A model generated the notes under the pieces. The model made no database searches, had not been told where the DNA came from, and worked only from the letters and a program-made list of their open reading frames with translations. DNA of 63,297 nt, filler included, from Thraustochytrium aureum (taxonomy: Eukaryota), in NCBI GenBank assembly GCA_012862495.1. It is 5 parts of 2 records of this genome, joined end to end, with 100 filler letters (N's around TTAATTAATTAA, not from the genome) between each part and the next. Parts side by side here need not be neighbours in the genome. Positions count along the whole stretch, not along the records: positions 1 to 21,139 come from BLSG01000377.1; 4 more parts are not named here. One strand, given 5' to 3'. Positions 1-9,949 of the stretch are shown here, piece by piece (within the stretch, counting starts at the first letter, position 1; every line of letters starts with the position of its first letter). A program made the position numbers and the translations under genes.

Positions 1-495
1 GAGAAGTTCCCAATGGAAAAATCCGTTCCGAAACAGTTTACCACGTACTTACTCGAGTACCACTCTCTGTTCTTTCTGTTGAAAGTTGTTCCGAGTTCTG
101 CGCTGACGATGATCAATGATCATTGATCTCCGTTCGGTCGGGGCCGCTGCTGTTCGCTCGCGCCTCTGTTCGCTCGGCGGCCGAGCAACGGGTTTGCGAA
201 CCCAACTCATCTACGTAGAGTGCTCAACTCAGCTCAGCCACACGGCGTACCGGTTCTCGGAGAAGAGCTTTTGTTGGCACGGCAGCACCATTCTCCGTCA
301 TCCAGCAAACCCCAATCGACAATCGACCACGATACCGCGCGATCGATCGATCGAGTCTCATCCGAAACCTGACAGCACCGCGCAGACTCGCTAGAGCTAG
401 AGGCAAGAGCTCAAGTGTGGAATTGGAATTCCTCGACGGCACGCAGGTCGGCGGACGAAAAGGAAGTTGATTGATCCAGGCACTGAGATCGATCG

Positions 496-1656
496 ATGGC
501 TTCAACGATGCGAGGCACGGGCGTTGTGACCAGAGAGGCCATGCGAGCGGCCACTCGCCGCGCCGCGATCTCCAAGCATACCGCCTTGCTCGGCAATGCG
601 CGCAACCTCGCGACCGAAAAAGACAAGCCCAAAGAAACGAAGCAGACGCTAATGGATGGCAAGCCTGTGCAAGGCACGACGATGCCCAAGGCGGCCCCTT
701 CCCAGATGGCCAAGCCGTCGACGCCGTACATGAGCACGCAGTGGCGGCAAAGCGAAGAGCAGTTCATCCCGCAAAACGCGCGGAACAAGTCCGTCATGCC
801 CGATCGCCAGCCAATCTCGCAAGAGGGTCTCTTCCGCCAAGGCGCTCACGAGGCGAAAGAAAAGACGGAAACCGCCAAAGCTAAAGCCGAAAGCGTTGCG
901 AGCGAGGCGGCAGGGACGGCGGAGGAAATGGCTCGGTCTGCCAAGGCGAATGCAGGGGAAGCCGTTTCGGAAGCCAAGGGTAAAGCCCAAGAGTTGGCAC
1001 AGACCGCAAAGTCGACCCTTGCCGATACGGGCGACGCAGCCAAGGAAATGGCCCAGTCCGCCAAATCAAAAGCCAAGGAAACCGTGGCCCAAGCGAAAGA
1101 TGGGGCTCAAGGCTTTACCCAGGCTGCAAGGTCGACCGCGGCGGATGCGACGCCGAGCGCCTCTTCCGCCGCCCGCGAGGCGCAAGAAAAGGCGCAAGAG
1201 GTCTCCCACATGGCCAGTGACAAGGCGCAGTCCATGGCGCAGGACGCTCGAGCCAAGGCGGAGGGTTTGAAGGATGCGGCTCCAGACAGCGCGAATGAGA
1301 CCGCTTCTTGGGCCAAAGAGAAGGTCGCCGACGCCGCTGACGTCCTCAAGGACCGCGCTAAGACTGCTACCGAAATGGCAAAGGAGGCCGTGGCGCCACG
1401 CGTCGACGGCATCAAGCGCCAATTGAGCACCAAAGGCCTCGAGCTGAAGGAGAACGTGCAAAAAACGGCCGCGGAAATGGCCGAGGAAGCCAAGGCCTCC
1501 GTGGCGTCCGCCAAGAAGACGCTCAAAGAAGACACCCCAGACGCCGAAGACTTGCGCGTTATCGCGAAGAACACGGCTTCGCACCTCGCCCAGTCGGCCA
1601 AGCATGCAGCCAAGGCCGCCAAGGACAAGGCCGCCCGTATCGCGCACAGCAACTGA
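496..1656 (+). CDS. Group 3 LEA-like (late embryogenesis abundant) hydrophilic protein with possible mitochondrial presequence
   Basis: 386-aa ORF rich in Ala/Lys/Glu with repeating 11/22-mer amphipathic motifs (AKAKAESVASEA, AKGKAQELAQTAK, AKEKVADAADVLKDRAK). The N-terminus is Arg/Ala/Thr-rich and nearly free of acidic residues (MRAATRRAAISKHTALLGNARNLAT). Confidence 0.75.
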   Translation: MASTMRGTGVVTREAMRAATRRAAISKHTALLGNARNLATEKDKPKETKQTLMDGKPVQGTTMPKAAPSQMAKPSTPYMSTQWRQSEEQFIPQNARNKSVMPDRQPISQEGLFRQGAHEAKEKTETAKAKAESVASEAAGTAEEMARSAKANAGEAVSEAKGKAQELAQTAKSTLADTGDAAKEMAQSAKSKAKETVAQAKDGAQGFTQAARSTAADATPSASSAAREAQEKAQEVSHMASDKAQSMAQDARAKAEGLKDAAPDSANETASWAKEKVADAADVLKDRAKTATEMAKEAVAPRVDGIKRQLSTKGLELKENVQKTAAEMAEEAKASVASAKKTLKEDTPDAEDLRVIAKNTASHLAQSAKHAAKAAKDKAARIAHSN

Positions 1657-2035
1657 GCCGGGCCCAGGAGCGGCCCGGCAAGCGAGCCAGTCCCGAGAGT
1701 GCAAGGGCCAGAGCGAAGCCACCCACTTCAGAGTCTGCCCGCGCTACAAGAAACTAAAATGGCGCGCGCGCCTGCAACAAACAATCGATTTGATTTGATA
1801 TGAAGAACCCGGTCTCGTTGACGAACGCGCCTTCGCGCGCGACTGACGAGGTCCTGCAGCGGCGCCAGCGCCCATGAACAGGGCCCCTTCATCGTACTCC
1901 AACTCGTGCTCCTCACTCACCTTCCAACTCTGAACTTGGCAGACTCGGAAGCAGCGCAAGACCGGACAACTTCTCGGGAGAGAGGCTAGCGCGCACGCAA
2001 CAAAGGCACCTACCTGCCTCCAGGCGCCGGCAAGG

Positions 2036-2903
2036 ATGGGCGCAGGGGACACGCTCGCTGTCGTGGTGACGAACCGCATCCCGGTTGCTGACGGGCACGA
2101 GGAAGAGTTTGAGGAAAGGTTTTCGCGTCGCGTCCATCTCGTCGACCGCGCGCCCGGGTTTCTGCGCAACGAGGTGCACCGGCCGCGGCCGAAAAAGTTC
2201 AGCCACGCCACGGGCAAGTGGGAGGACGACACGTCGGGCCAGGCCTACTACGAGGTCAAGACCTGGTGGAGGTCCATGGCCGACTTTGAGGCCTGGACGC
2301 GCAGCCCCGCCTTTGCTGAGGCGCACAACAGCATGCCGCCGCGCGACATGTTTGCAGGCGCGAGCCAGATCGTCGTTTCGGAGGCTTTCTTGTCCACCGA
2401 CCTGGCCTCCAAGACCGTTTCGCCAGAGGAGCTGGCGCGGTTTCGTGGCGAGGGCGGGGCGCCGATCTTTGTCGGACTCTGCNNNNNNNNNNNNNNNNNN
2501 NNNNNNNNNNNNNNNNNNNNNNNNNNNNNNNNNNNNNNNGATCTTTGTCGGACTCTGCGGCAAGGTGTACGACGTGAGCGCTTCTGCAGGATTTTACGGG
2601 CCAGGCGGGGCTTACCACGTCTTTGCGGGCCGCGACGCGTCGCGCGCGCTCGCCAAGGGTCTACTGGACGAGACTCTGGTCATGGAACGCCCCGGCGACC
2701 TCAGCGACCTCAGCGGCGCGGAACAGAACAAGTTGGACGAGTGGACCGAGCGCTTTGAGAGCAAGTACCCGATTGTGGGCGTACTCGCGGGCGGCGCCCT
2801 CGCGTCGACTACAAGCGCGGCGGGCCGGGCCAAGCCTCAGAAGCAGCCTCGCGCCTTCAAGAAGACGGTGGTCGTTGACCCGAAGCAACGGTCCAAACTC
2901 TAG
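2036..2903 (+). CDS. Fusion of an ABM/IsdG-like heme-degrading monooxygenase and a cytochrome b5-like heme/steroid-binding (MAPR) domain, C-terminal PTS1 SKL; about 263 aa after closing the false gap
   Basis: N-domain VVTNRIPV..EEFEERF..APGF..WWRSMADFEAWTRSPAFAEAH. C-domain EELARFRGEGGAPIFVGLCGKVYDVS..FYGPGGAYHVFAGRDASRALAK..LDEWTERFESKYPIVG. Bases 2464-2482 are identical to 2540-2558 on either side of the N gap, and merging them gives one continuous frame ending QRSKL-stop. Confidence 0.85.
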
Positions 2904-3204
2904 CTACGGTAGTTTCTTTTCTCTTCTTTCTTTCCCTCCTTCGAGAAGAAAGAATTCGCGAGTTGCAAGTTGCAACCCTCCCTCGATCGCGCTCCGGTTA
3001 GCCTACACTGGCGATGATGCCCCGCGGACACGGCTTCGGAGGCTCCATCCGACTCCCATACGGCACATGCGGCTCTCGCTGGCAAAATGGTTTCTTTGGT
3101 TGTGAAGCCCACGAAGTGACCAACTGGGTCGCTGCTGCCGTGGATGGTACACGCGCGCAATGCGAGCGCGAAATGTTCAGTTTCGCAAGCCGGAAAGAAG
3201 CACG

Positions 3205-3877
3205 TCAAAAGCAGATTCCCTCTTGTGGCTGGGGAAGCTTGCTCGCGCGCTTCATCTGCTCGCGAAGGTAGCAGAGGCACGTCGCAATCGAGCAATCCCG
3301 GTTCCAGCCGGGCATCTTGGCCACCTGCGATGGATGGCGTGAAAGCGGGAGCCTACTTTGTCAGCTGCACGGGCACCCAGGTCGAAAACCGCAAATCAAA
3401 GCGACACAAAGCAAGGAAGCGCATGCACCGAGAGCGATCGCCCCGGGAGAGCCGCATGCGCCGAGAGCGATCGCCATGGGAGAGCCACTGAAAAACTTAC
3501 GCGGCCGTTTGACTGGTCCACGCCTGGCATGTTGATCTTGGTCACGAACGAGATCTGTGGCGGGTTGACCGGGTAGAACTCGTCGCAGTACACGCGAAGC
3601 GTGTAGATCCGATCGCCCAGCGCCGTCTGCTCCCAAGCACACCGAAATTGCATTGCACGCGTCAGCTCCATCCAGGCGCGACCCGGAGCCTGCGCGGCGC
3701 ACTTACATTTTGAGGCCCAATAATCGATGCGTTCCAGTACGAGAGGCTCATATCCTCGGGGTCCGCCAGTCCATACGAAACAAACCCAGCGTGAGGCGCC
3801 GGCACGCCACCGCCCTTCTCGCCCTGCTCCAGCTCTTCCAGCAGCTTGAACCCGCGTGGAATAATCACCCCCGACAT
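3205..3877 (-). CDS. UBE2V/MMS2: Ubiquitin-conjugating enzyme E2 variant (UEV1/MMS2); 3 exons 3877-3707, 3626-3501, 3324-3205; 138 aa
   Basis: MSGVIIPRGFKLLEELEQGEKG..VSYGLADPEDMSLSYWNASIIGPQN / TALGDRIYTLRVYCDEFYPVNPPQISFVTKINMPGVDQSNGR / VAKMPGWNRDCSI..KLPQPQEGICF. Both introns (80 and 176 nt) have GTAAGT donors, GCTGAC branch points and CAG acceptors. Confidence 0.95.
3421..3486. repeat. Two-copy ~33-bp tandem repeat inside UEV1 intron 2
   Basis: gcatgcaccgagagcgatcgccccgggagagcc followed by gcatgcgccgagagcgatcgccatgggagagcc. Confidence 0.7.
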
Positions 3878-3949
3878 GGCGCCTGCGCGAAAACCTGCTG
3901 GAGGCCCTTCGCCGACGCTCGCCAGAAGGCTGCCAAGCAACACGCCCAG

Positions 3950-3984
<35 letters not shown>

Positions 3985-4060
3985 CGCGCCTGCGTGCGTG
4001 CGTGCGTGCCTGCCTGCCTGCCTGCCTGCCTGTCCGAGTGCGAGCTCTGCCTGCCTGCCT
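3950..4060. repeat. (GCCT)n/(GCGT)n tetranucleotide microsatellite upstream of UEV1
   Basis: Runs of tgcctgcctgcc and gcgtgcgtgcgt seen directly. Confidence 0.9.
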
Positions 4061-4387
4061 GGCTGCTTGCTCTCTCGATTCAATCGATTCAATCGATTGA
4101 ACTACCTTCCCGGCGATTCGGATTAACTATCCGATCGACCTCTCTATAATGTTTGAGGCAGCACTTTCGCTCGACGGAGTAAATGGCTTTTGCTGATTTA
4201 TTCCACTTTACCCCTTCATACCCGTTGACGCTTCCGGCGATTGTAGAGCGTATTTTTATTAAATAAGGCCAGGGTATTTATTACGATATAAATGTTACAC
4301 TTCCCAATTACACCCCTAGTGCCCCCGTGCCCTGCCGATTTTCGTGGCCGATTTTCGTGCGGCGATGCGCCAAAGGCCGCGGTCGTC

Positions 4388-4636
4388 TGGTCTGCTGTCG
4401 GCGTCGAGAGTGCCTGCTGCGCCTGCTGGTCTGTGGGTCTCGAGAGTGCCTGCTGCGCCTGCTGGTCTGCTGGGCCTCGAGAGTGCTTGCTGCGCCTGCT
4501 GGTCTGTGGCCTCGAGAGTGCCTGCTGCGCCTGCTGGTCTGTGGGCCTCGAGAGTGCCTGCTGCGCCTGCTGGTCTGTCGGCCTCGAGAGTGCCTTGCTG
4601 CGCCTGCTGGTCTGTGGGCCTCGAGAGTGCCTGCTG
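4388..4636. repeat. Minisatellite, about 7 copies of a 35-37 bp unit (tcgagagtgcctgctgcgcctgctggtctgtgggcc)
   Basis: tcgagagtgc recurs at 4404, 4440, 4477, 4512, 4548, 4584 and 4621, with no unique spacers. Confidence 0.95.
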
Positions 4637-4647
4637 GGTGCGCGGAA

Positions 4648-5145
4648 ATGGTGGACCTGGTCTGCCCCACCTGCGACAAGGTCGTCGAGACCGAACCTGT
4701 GGAAGACGCCGAAGTGCCCGGCACGGTGATGTGCCTCGAGTGCGGCGAGGAGTTTGTGCCTGGGGCGGGCAAGTTTGCCAATTTTGTGGTCGGTGTCGTG
4801 CTGGAAGCGGAGGAAATGAAGAAGAAAGGGCTGAAGAAGCTCAAGGTCGACGTTGGTGGCGGCGATGAAAGCGCCGTTCAGATCGTGACGAATGCAAAGC
4901 ACGTTGATGTAGGCTGGCGCGTCGTGGTCGCTCTGGAAGGCGCTGTCGTCCCCGCAGGGTCGGTTCTGGGCGAGGACCCGAACGCTGTCCAAGTCACAAA
5001 GTCGTCCGTCGGCGGCGTCAAGTCTGAGGGCATGCTTTGCGACAGCCCCATGCTGGGCTGGGTGGGCGGCGCCAAGGGCGTAGCGCAAAATCTCCCAGAG
5101 ACGTACTCGGCGGGCGACGTGCCGCCGTTGGAGCGCCCGCGGTAG
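4648..5145 (+). CDS. Stand-alone tRNA-binding OB-fold protein (Trbp111/EMAP-II/PheT-B2 type) with N-terminal zinc ribbon
   Basis: CPTC..CLEC zinc ribbon, then FVVGVVLEAEE..LKKLKVDVG..VQIVTNAKHVDVGWRVVVALEGAVVP..VGGVKSEGMLCD, which are typical tRNA_bind motifs. Confidence 0.8.
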   Translation: MVDLVCPTCDKVVETEPVEDAEVPGTVMCLECGEEFVPGAGKFANFVVGVVLEAEEMKKKGLKKLKVDVGGGDESAVQIVTNAKHVDVGWRVVVALEGAVVPAGSVLGEDPNAVQVTKSSVGGVKSEGMLCDSPMLGWVGGAKGVAQNLPETYSAGDVPPLERPR

Positions 5146-5342
5146 CCGCGACGAGATGGCCTTTGCCGCCTCACTGCACTGCCCAGCCGACCCAACAACT
5201 AAACATTTCTTTGCATTGACTTCTTCTGGTGTTGCTCCGGATTGGATCGTCTGCCTTGCCGCTCGCTCCTGTGACGGCCTCACGGCGAGTGCAGGAGGCG
5301 ACGAGCTGAGCTGAGCTGAGCGGGATCGCCTCGCCCAGGCGG

Positions 5343-6247
5343 TCACGCGCCCTCCACTGGCGGCACCTCGCGACCCCTCTCCCGCAGACGCACAGTCACC
5401 GTGAGCCGGTCCGTCTCTGACGGCAGTACCTCGTGCTTGACGTCCCATCGCGCCGGCCCTGATATCATGTACAGGTCCCCCGCCGAGACGCGCAACTCGA
5501 CTGCGCCGATCCGAACCATGCTCGAGCCCCGCAGGCACAGCGTTGCTACCGCGTCGCAGCGAGGATGGTTCGCGTCGATGTGCGGCATAATGCCGCTGCC
5601 GCGCTCCATTGCCTGCAACTGAGCGAACGTTGGTTCCAGGCCCCGGAGCGGCGACAGCTCGGCCAATCGGCTGTGTGCCACATCNNNNNNNNNNNNNNNN
5701 NNNNNNNNNNNNNNNNNNNNNNNNNNNNNNNNNNNNNNNNNNNNNNNNNNNNNNNNNNNNNNNNNNNNNNNNNNNNNNNNNNNAGTGCGGCGCCGTCAAC
5801 CACCTCAGGCCGGCGGTCGCTCTGCAGCGCACAGAGTCGCAGCCAGTCCGCCGGCGGCTCAGAATCAAACACCTCAAAGGACTCTAGCTCACGCAGGTCC
5901 TCTGCCGATCGACGCCCGCGTTCTCCGCGCAGGAGGATTGGCGCCATCTTGCGCGTACTTTGCTCGTACTCGTGCCAGCGCCAGCCCGACGCGCCGCGCG
6001 AGGCGCTGGTGTCGCTGCTGCAAACCAGGTCCACCATCCTCGCGAGCTGGTCAACTTGGCTGGCAGTGAGAAAGCTTCGTACGGCCGCGAGGCCTTGCAT
6101 GCGAGGGCAAAGCTCTAGCCCGGGTCCGCGCGGCTCCCAAACGGTCCTTTTCGCGTCTCGAAAGCTGAACTTGCCTGGAACATCCCTGCGCTCGTCCTCG
6201 CATTGTCGTGTTCGCGTTGTGTGGGTGGGGAAACAGCAGAGAGGCAT
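5343..6247 (-). CDS. AlkB-like 2-oxoglutarate/Fe(II) dioxygenase (interrupted by N gap; start uncertain)
   Basis: GLAAVRSFLTASQVDQL before the gap. After it, QAMERGSGIMPHID (HxD), GDLYMISGPARWDVKHEV (distal His) and RLTVTVR (RxxxxxR). Confidence 0.75.
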
Positions 6248-7189
6248 GTTGGTTGGACCGTCCGTTCCTGCGCCAAGAGCCTGCAGCGGCGCGCCAAAGC
6301 CAGCCACAGGCCAAAAAACAACGCAGAAGCTCCAAATCCTGCTCCAGCTAGCTAGAGAACAACAGCTCGAGCATCCCCCCCCCGCTGACGTCGCTTGGGC
6401 TGCGCCAGGGCGTCGCCGTCCATATGCCCACGTGGTCGTCCGCCGCGGACAGCAGCGCCGGGCCGCCCCCGCCCCGCCAAGGCCGTGCCGGCCCTGCCCC
6501 GCTCCTCCACTCCCCAAAGCCCCACCCCTCAGTCCTGGCGCGACTCACCTCAGCTCCCCGCCCAGGATGGCGGCTTCCATCGCGCCGTTCACCTGGTAGC
6601 GGAGCCAGTTGACCACAAACCTAGCGTCCACGCGGCGCCGCAGCGCCATGCCGGCCAGAAACCAGGCCCAACCCAGAGCAGCGGCGCAGGAAAGGCACTG
6701 TGCGCCACAGTCCAAGGCCTTCCGCGAGCGAGCAGGACGGCGCGTGTCGTGCGTGGGCTTGCTCGCTTCTTCTGCGCGCAGCCGCACACCAGTTGCACGC
6801 ACGCACGCAGGCGCAGGTGCTCTTCTCCGGAGTGGAGTAGGTGGAGTACTCACGCACGCTCACGAACACCACCCGCTCGTTCAAGCTCGAGCTCGAGAGT
6901 GCGAAGGCTCGGTGTTCACCAACTTGATTGAATCCAGGCTTCCAGCGCCTTGGCCCGCATGCAGGCCGCCGCGTCGGATCTGGCGTGGAGCGCTCGCCAA
7001 ACAACTGCTGGCAGCGGCGGGCACGGCGGTGTTTCTCCTGGCTTCCTTGCCTTGGAGGACAAGGTCCCTGCCTGGCAAAGCTCAAACCTGCGAGGCCCAG
7101 GTCGGTGCGGGCTGAGCTCCAGCCACGTCTCGAGGCGCTTTGGCCCCAACGGCCACCAGGCAGGGAGGGATGCCTTGCCTGCACACGCG

Positions 7190-9949
7190 CTACTCGGCTG
7201 CGCCGGTCCCAGGCCCCAGGTCGGCCAGGCCAGATATTGATGGGGGAGACGAGGGCTCCTGGCCGTGGCCGCTCGCGACCAACTCCATCGCTTCGATGGG
7301 TTCGCGCGCGAGGGCGGGCGCATCGCCCGCCGCATCCTCGCCAAGAGCGCGCGGCCACGGTCGCGCACCGAGCTCGACATTTGGCCCAGCCCGCGCGGAG
7401 CGACGACGCGAGCTTCGAGCCGGAATTGACCCATCGTCCGTCCCTGGCAATGGGGTCGCGCCGGCCGCTGCGGGTGCTCCATTCGAGTTGGTGACTCGAT
7501 AAAGTGCGTCGACGTGGTCTGCGGACGCCTCCTCGAGGCGGTCCAGGCGCGCGAGCACTTGCCGAACGAGGTCGATGGTGTAGAGCTGGGTCTCGCTCTC
7601 GCGGAAAAATAGGTCGACGTCGCTGTGCGCTTTCATCGGGCTGTGGTCTGCAGTGCGCTCGCGGAGCAGCCAGAGCAAGCGCTCCACGATTGCGCTCGGG
7701 AAAACCGACTCGAAATGCTTGCGCACCGTAAACGTGGGTAGGTGCGTCTCGCGCTGCTGCAGCTTGAGGTACCGCAGTCGGTGCAGGAAGCGGTGCTCGC
7801 CCTCCAAAATCGCGGCCGTTCCGCTCACGCTGTCGTCTCCCTCCGACCCTATCGAGAGGCGCTCGTCAACCCCGGACCGGGCGCCGTCGTCGACGTGGCC
7901 GCCCTTGGCCCCGCCTAGCTCGGCCTCAGCTTCTGGCGCCATCGAGCGGTTCCGGCAGCTGCACCTCGACCTCGCCTTTGGCCAGTAAAAGTTGCGCAAG
8001 TCGTAGACCGCGATGTGCGCGCTGAGGCTGAGGCTCTGCAGGAATGGGACGACCTTGCGAACCCGCTTCTCGTCCTGGAACCGCACAAAGGCTTCCACGA
8101 TGATCGACAGCAGCACGTTGAAGAGCAAAAGCGTCGTCAAGAACACAAACGACCAAAAGAAGAGCGCCGACGCCACCGGAGGCAGCGTGAGCCCCCCGAA
8201 GAGCACGTCTGTAGCGGAATCAAAGTCGCCCATGGAAACGAACAAAAGCGTCTGCACCGACAGAGCAAACGTCGAGAACGACTCGCCCGAGCTCGAAAAC
8301 AGCACGACGCCGACGTACGCGTATGACAAGACGAGCACGCAAAAAACGAACGAAAATGCCAGCAGGTCCCCTGCCGCGTTTTTGATCGTGCGCGATATGA
8401 TGGCAGTCTCGGGGTGAAAGTCCAGCAAGGCCACGGAGCGACCCACCATTGCAATTAGCAAAATGCTGTACGCGATGCGGAGGGCGGCCTGCAAGGAGAT
8501 CATCTCGTCTATCTTGGCAAAGGTCGGCAGCATGTAGTCGGGCCGATACTCTCCTTCGAAGAGGAAAAACCTGGCGCTGTCGGCCATGTAAATAAAGTAC
8601 ACGCTCACGCACAGCACGCTCAAGCTGAGAACAAAGACCTCGTAGACCCACTCCTTCAACGCGACGCGGCCGGGCGGCGGAGACCGCGTGCAAGGGCACA
8701 TAACCCGCATGGCGCGCTTGTGACCCACCCCGCGCCACACCTGCCTGAACAGCACACCGATGTTGAAAAGGATGATGCAGGCAAACACCACCGTCACTCC
8801 GAAAGCCAAGTGCTGCTCGCTCGGAGGTGTGAGCGTGGCGCTATTCACCCGGAGTGACTGTGTCACTTTGCCGCCGACGGAGACCTGAAAACAAATCTCA
8901 AAGTACCCAAACCGGCCCAGCCCGTTCCTGTTGTGCACGAGCAGAACAATACAAAACGACTTGGTCGCGGAATCAAGCCAGCCGATCTCGCGCAACTGCT
9001 CTATTGCGCAAAGCGAGACCACTGGGCTCATGTTGAGGATCCCGAGGTCCAAGATTGCGAAAAAGCTGCCCATCCCCATATCCCTGAGGGGGTCGAGATT
9101 AAAGACGAGCATGGGGTCAGCAAGCAGGGTCGGATCCTGACGCGTTTGAATCGACTCGAACGAGCCGGCAAAGGTATCGGCTGCGCAAGCATAGGGCTCG
9201 TTCGACGTGGCCGTGACAAGGCCGGCGTCTATATACACGTCGCCTTGGCTGCACGGCTTCATCTCGCGGCGTTGCTGCATCAGCAAGAGGCCAAACTGCT
9301 GGCGGTTGTACTCGTCGAGGAAGCCGGAACGCTCGGTCACCCTGCCGCACTCTCTCATCAGCGCCCCGGTACTGATGTTCAGGGAGCACTCGGGAACGAG
9401 GCAGGCGCCCGTCAGGTTTGCTGCAATGGTCGGGTCGGGCGAGTAGAGCTGCTCGACTGCGGCTGCGGCAAAATCGTACATGTCGCGTACGGCTGCCACG
9501 CCTTCGTAGTCGTCTCCGTCCGGGCCGAACGATATGCCTCTGGCTGCGGCAATCAGCGACGCCTCTTGGTCGTGGGCGGTGGGGGCGTAGGCGAACAGCT
9601 GCAAGTACACCACAACGAACATGAACAGCAAGAAAACCAAGTGGCAGCAGAGGCGCTTCCACCCGGTGTGCAGCCGCTTGAGCTCCCCGCTGACTTCGCG
9701 GAGCGCCACCTCGCTCACCATGACCTTGCGCAGAAACACCTGCCGCGAGTACATGCGAGCCTTGTACCCGCGCCATGCGGCCTGCACGCGAACCACCGCT
9801 TCCGTCTCCTGTTTCGTCTTGTGGCCCACCGAGTAGGGAAACCACGAGGGCGCCGCGCTGCTCGTCGGCGTGAACCTGAGCCCGCTGCGCCCGCTCTTGC
9901 TCGAGTCCCGGCGCTTCTTCAGCGCCAGGATCACCGCGGCGGTCGCCAT
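7190..9949 (-). CDS. Polycystin-2 (PKD2/TRPP)-like cation channel with N-terminal IQ motif
   Basis: IQ motif VRVQAAWRGYKARM, TM1, large extracellular loop with LLLMQQRRE and LREIGWLDSATK, then S2-S6 with TIKNAAGDLLAFSFVF..FSTFALSVQTLLFVSMGDFD..LLFNVLLSIIVEAF. Confidence 0.85.
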   Translation of the reverse strand: MATAAVILALKKRRDSSKSGRSGLRFTPTSSAAPSWFPYSVGHKTKQETEAVVRVQAAWRGYKARMYSRQVFLRKVMVSEVALREVSGELKRLHTGWKRLCCHLVFLLFMFVVVYLQLFAYAPTAHDQEASLIAAARGISFGPDGDDYEGVAAVRDMYDFAAAAVEQLYSPDPTIAANLTGACLVPECSLNISTGALMRECGRVTERSGFLDEYNRQQFGLLLMQQRREMKPCSQGDVYIDAGLVTATSNEPYACAADTFAGSFESIQTRQDPTLLADPMLVFNLDPLRDMGMGSFFAILDLGILNMSPVVSLCAIEQLREIGWLDSATKSFCIVLLVHNRNGLGRFGYFEICFQVSVGGKVTQSLRVNSATLTPPSEQHLAFGVTVVFACIILFNIGVLFRQVWRGVGHKRAMRVMCPCTRSPPPGRVALKEWVYEVFVLSLSVLCVSVYFIYMADSARFFLFEGEYRPDYMLPTFAKIDEMISLQAALRIAYSILLIAMVGRSVALLDFHPETAIISRTIKNAAGDLLAFSFVFCVLVLSYAYVGVVLFSSSGESFSTFALSVQTLLFVSMGDFDSATDVLFGGLTLPPVASALFFWSFVFLTTLLLFNVLLSIIVEAFVRFQDEKRVRKVVPFLQSLSLSAHIAVYDLRNFYWPKARSRCSCRNRSMAPEAEAELGGAKGGHVDDGARSGVDERLSIGSEGDDSVSGTAAILEGEHRFLHRLRYLKLQQRETHLPTFTVRKHFESVFPSAIVERLLWLLRERTADHSPMKAHSDVDLFFRESETQLYTIDLVRQVLARLDRLEEASADHVDALYRVTNSNGAPAAAGATPLPGTDDGSIPARSSRRRSARAGPNVELGARPWPRALGEDAAGDAPALAREPIEAMELVASGHGQEPSSPPSISGLADLGPGTGAAE

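Noticed and set aside
1728..2000. Minus-strand short ORFs between the LEA gene and the heme fusion gene
   Set aside because: No motif, and they extend antisense into the better-supported plus-strand gene.
4388..4636. ~36-bp repeat array resembling CRISPR repeats
   Set aside because: Units are head-to-tail with no unique spacers, no cas genes are nearby, and the context is eukaryotic.
6348..7115. Short ORFs on both strands, including a minus-strand frame ending at a GTGAGT donor near 6549
   Set aside because: No recognisable domain and no consistent exon chain could be built. It may be an upstream exon of the AlkB-like gene but this is unsupported.
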